A DNA stretch of 16,898 bases, taken from assembly GCA_040752695.1 (NCBI GenBank), contig JBFMGO010000123.1, positions 1-16,898 on the forward strand, written 5' to 3'. Positions 14,699 through 16,898 of this stretch are shown here, piece after piece (position 1 is the stretch's first letter; each line of letters opens with the position of its first letter). The notes below the pieces were generated by a model, which worked only from the letters and a program-made list of their open reading frames with translations, did not search any database and was not told the origin of the DNA. The position numbers and the translations under genes are program-made. The stretch comes from a bacterium (GTDB lineage: Bacteria; SZUA-182; DTGQ01).

Positions 14699-16897
14699 CT
14701 AAAAGTGAAAATAGTGAAATAGTGCTACAAAGCTGACAGTGAAGCTATGAAAGATAACCGATTTTATCAATTTTTTCACAGAGTGCTTTCCCTCCTCCTG
14801 TCTTTCCTCCTTTGGGGGGACAGGAACTTGCTGGTCTTGATCAGGTTTCTTTAATTGCAGGTAATAATCGTAGTATCCATCATGGATAGATGCAACTGCG
14901 TTCATAGGAAGTAAGCAACGATAAACTCTTTCCTTTTTCAGGTAAGCATCTTCAATGAGACATAATCTTTCAAGATCTATGCAATAATTATCGCTGAACT
15001 GAATCTTACCCTTAAATTGATCAGTAAAGTAGAAATAAAAATTTTGCGGATCTTTATTCTCAGCCAGGCGGAATCGGCCAGACTCATTTATGCTGTAAAA
15101 TTTTTCATTCTTGTTCAAAAAGCACATATCAATGACATCATCTCCCCGGCACTTTAACACTTCAAGCACTACATCCTCAGGGGTCAGAGGGGTGTTTTTC
15201 TCCTGGACATCCATCAGCTTTTCTTTGATGGCAAATGAGTTTTTGGAACGGCTTCCTTCTTCCTCTTCATCGTCATTTACCGTCAGCGTTTCCATCGCTT
15301 GATCAAAATCCCATTTGTTTGTCCCCGTCCATCCATCGTCTTTATCCTTCGACTCATGTTCTTTAGTCATGAACTCGTTTTCTTTGTCTATAGGCCCGTT
15401 TTCTCTATGCATAAGCTCGTTTTCTTTAGATTTCGGTGCTGTCTCCGCAGATGAACCATGGCGGGGACGGCTCCTTAGTAATGCTATGATATCAGTTGCG
15501 TCATCCTGAAGCCTGACACGTGAAAATGGCTGATCTTGATCCTCAATATCTTGAGATCCCGGCAGGGAGTCTGTTTCAACTCTTCCCCACGCTGGATATA
15601 GATCCCAAGGAGATAGCGAAGGCTCAGGCTCAGCCATAGGCACAGGTTCCGGCTCAGGCATAGGTTCGGGCTCAGGCACGGCCGCAAGCTCATGCTTTTT
15701 CCCTTCATCCTCCCTGTCTTTCTGCATGGTCTGGCTATTGGTTTCATTCTCTTCGTGAGCAAGAATCTGATCATCTTCCTGCAGTTCGCTCTTGCGCTCT
15801 TCAATTTCCGCAGAACCAGTGGATTCTTTCCGGGGGCTCAGGATGCTGTTTTCGGCCCCTGCCGGATTTGCCAACCCGAAAAAATCGTAATCTTCAATTA
15901 TCTGGTCTGCCTTTTGGGGAAGTCCTTCATCAGGGGTCGTTTCCAGAGGAATATCTTCCGATGGAATCCCTAAAGAAACATCCAAAGCGACGTCCAAAGG
16001 AATATTCAGAGAGGTATCGAGCTTTTTAAAAACCTCTTCTAATGGATTACCTTGATCCAACGAGAAACGGGCCTTTTCCAAGATCACTTCTAATGGATTC
16101 CCCTTATCCTCATGCCGTGGCGATTCATATCCAGGTGATGACTGTGTCTCTACAGCCTCAAGAGTTGCACCCTGACCCGGAATTCCTTCCAGAGCCACTC
16201 CAGGGATCTCTTTATGCTCACCATCGACAGGGACCTCCGCCGTTCTGCCGGTATCCGCTTCTCCCTCCTCTGCTAAGACGGTTTCGGTCTCTGATGCCTC
16301 CACCAAAGCGATTTGAACCTCTTCTGTTTCCACAGAGGGAGTGATTTGGGTCTGTGCTGCTGCCTCCACTGAGGCGGGTTGCACCTCTCTTTGGGCCTCT
16401 TCCTCTTCAGGCCAGGCGGTTTGATCATCTGGTTGAACCTCTTGCTCTTCAGGCGAGGAGAGTTGGACCTGTTCCACCTCAGGCGACAGAGTTTGGGCCT
16501 CTGGTGTCTCCTCAAAAGTGATGAGGAGAACCTCTTCTGTTTCCACCGAGGGAGTGATTTGGGTCTGTGCTGCTGCCTCCACTGAGGCGGGTTGCACCTC
16601 TAGTTGGGCCTCTTGCTCTTCAGGCCAGGCGGTTTGATCATCTGGTTGAACCTCTTGCTCTTCAGGCAAGGCGGTTTGATCATCTGGTTGAATCTCTTGC
16701 TCTTCAGGCAAGAGAGTTTGAACCGCTTCTGCTGCTGCCTCCGCTGAAGGAATTTCAATCTCTTCTGTTTCCACAGAGGGAGTGATTTGGGTCTGTGCTG
16801 CTGCCTCCAGTGCCTCCAGTGAAGCGGGTTGCACCTCTAGCAGGGCCTCTTGCTCTTCAGGCAAGGGGAGGGGGACCTCTGGTGCCTCCTCAAAAGT
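14699..16897 (-). CDS. Large acidic, low-complexity repeat protein with a C-terminal globular region and terminal transmembrane segment; 5' end lies outside the window
   Basis: The frame stays open from the track's TTG (16864) to the window edge (TFEEAPEVPLPL, resembling the internal ITFEETPE). It has E/P/Q/A-rich repeats, an ordered region VLEVLKCRGDDVIDMCFL...YYLQL, and the hydrophobic end LIKSVIFHSFTVSFVALFHYFHF. The stop is TAG at 14701-14699. Confidence 0.85.
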   Translation of the reverse strand, partial: TFEEAPEVPLPLPEEQEALLEVQPASLEALEAAAQTQITPSVETEEIEIPSAEAAAEAVQTLLPEEQEIQPDDQTALPEEQEVQPDDQTAWPEEQEAQLEVQPASVEAAAQTQITPSVETEEVLLITFEETPEAQTLSPEVEQVQLSSPEEQEVQPDDQTAWPEEEEAQREVQPASVEAAAQTQITPSVETEEVQIALVEASETETVLAEEGEADTGRTAEVPVDGEHKEIPGVALEGIPGQGATLEAVETQSSPGYESPRHEDKGNPLEVILEKARFSLDQGNPLEEVFKKLDTSLNIPLDVALDVSLGIPSEDIPLETTPDEGLPQKADQIIEDYDFFGLANPAGAENSILSPRKESTGSAEIEERKSELQEDDQILAHEENETNSQTMQKDREDEGKKHELAAVPEPEPMPEPEPVPMAEPEPSLSPWDLYPAWGRVETDSLPGSQDIEDQDQPFSRVRLQDDATDIIALLRSRPRHGSSAETAPKSKENELMHRENGPIDKENEFMTKEHESKDKDDGWTGTNKWDFDQAMETLTVNDDEEEEGSRSKNSFAIKEKLMDVQEKNTPLTPEDVVLEVLKCRGDDVIDMCFLNKNEKFYSINESGRFRLAENKDPQNFYFYFTDQFKGKIQFSDNYCIDLERLCLIEDAYLKKERVYRCLLPMNAVASIHDGYYDYYLQLKKPDQDQQVPVPPKEERQEEGKHSVKKLIKSVIFHSFTVSFVALFHYFHF

Positions 16898-16898
16898 G
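16318..16898. repeat. Nested near-identical direct repeats in the acidic protein gene
   Basis: An ~50-bp block encoding EAAAQTQITPSVETEE occurs at about 16318, 16531 and 16759 (spacings 213 and 228 bp). There are three 42-bp units encoding PEEQEVQPDDQTA(W/L). CCTCTGGTG(T/C)CTCCTCAAAAGTG occurs at 16498 and 16876. Confidence 0.9.

Noticed and set aside
16862..16864. TTG start for the acidic protein given by the ORF track
   Set aside because: The frame is open to the window edge and continues the same repeat sequence, so the true start lies outside the window.

Overview
This is a bacterial chromosomal window of moderate GC content with AT-rich intergenic gaps. It has no rRNA, tRNA, CRISPR array or transposase. 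From left to right it contains: the 3' end of a Cys-rich dockerin-bearing protein (+, cut by the window edge); a Cu(I)-type P1B ATPase (copA, -); a small hypothetical ORF (+); a SWIM-finger SNF2 helicase (-); a 2136-aa secreted multidomain protein (+); a cluster of three short terminal-inverted-repeat (MITE/REP-like) elements; and the 3' part of a very acidic, repeat-rich protein with a C-terminal membrane segment (-, cut by the window edge). The secreted protein carries a duplicated beta-sandwich domain, a degenerate zinc-peptidase module, two beta-helix modules and three HYR-like repeats. Three things stand out. First, all four large genes carry frame-preserving short tandem-repeat expansions (6, 15, 18, 39 and 42 bp units, plus a 213 bp duplication) in loops or termini. 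Second, the big secreted ORF reads through a repeat array and two TTA-delimited mini-elements. Third, its HExxHxxGxxD zinc motif has lost two of its three metal ligands. All family assignments come from motif recognition by eye, not database searches.
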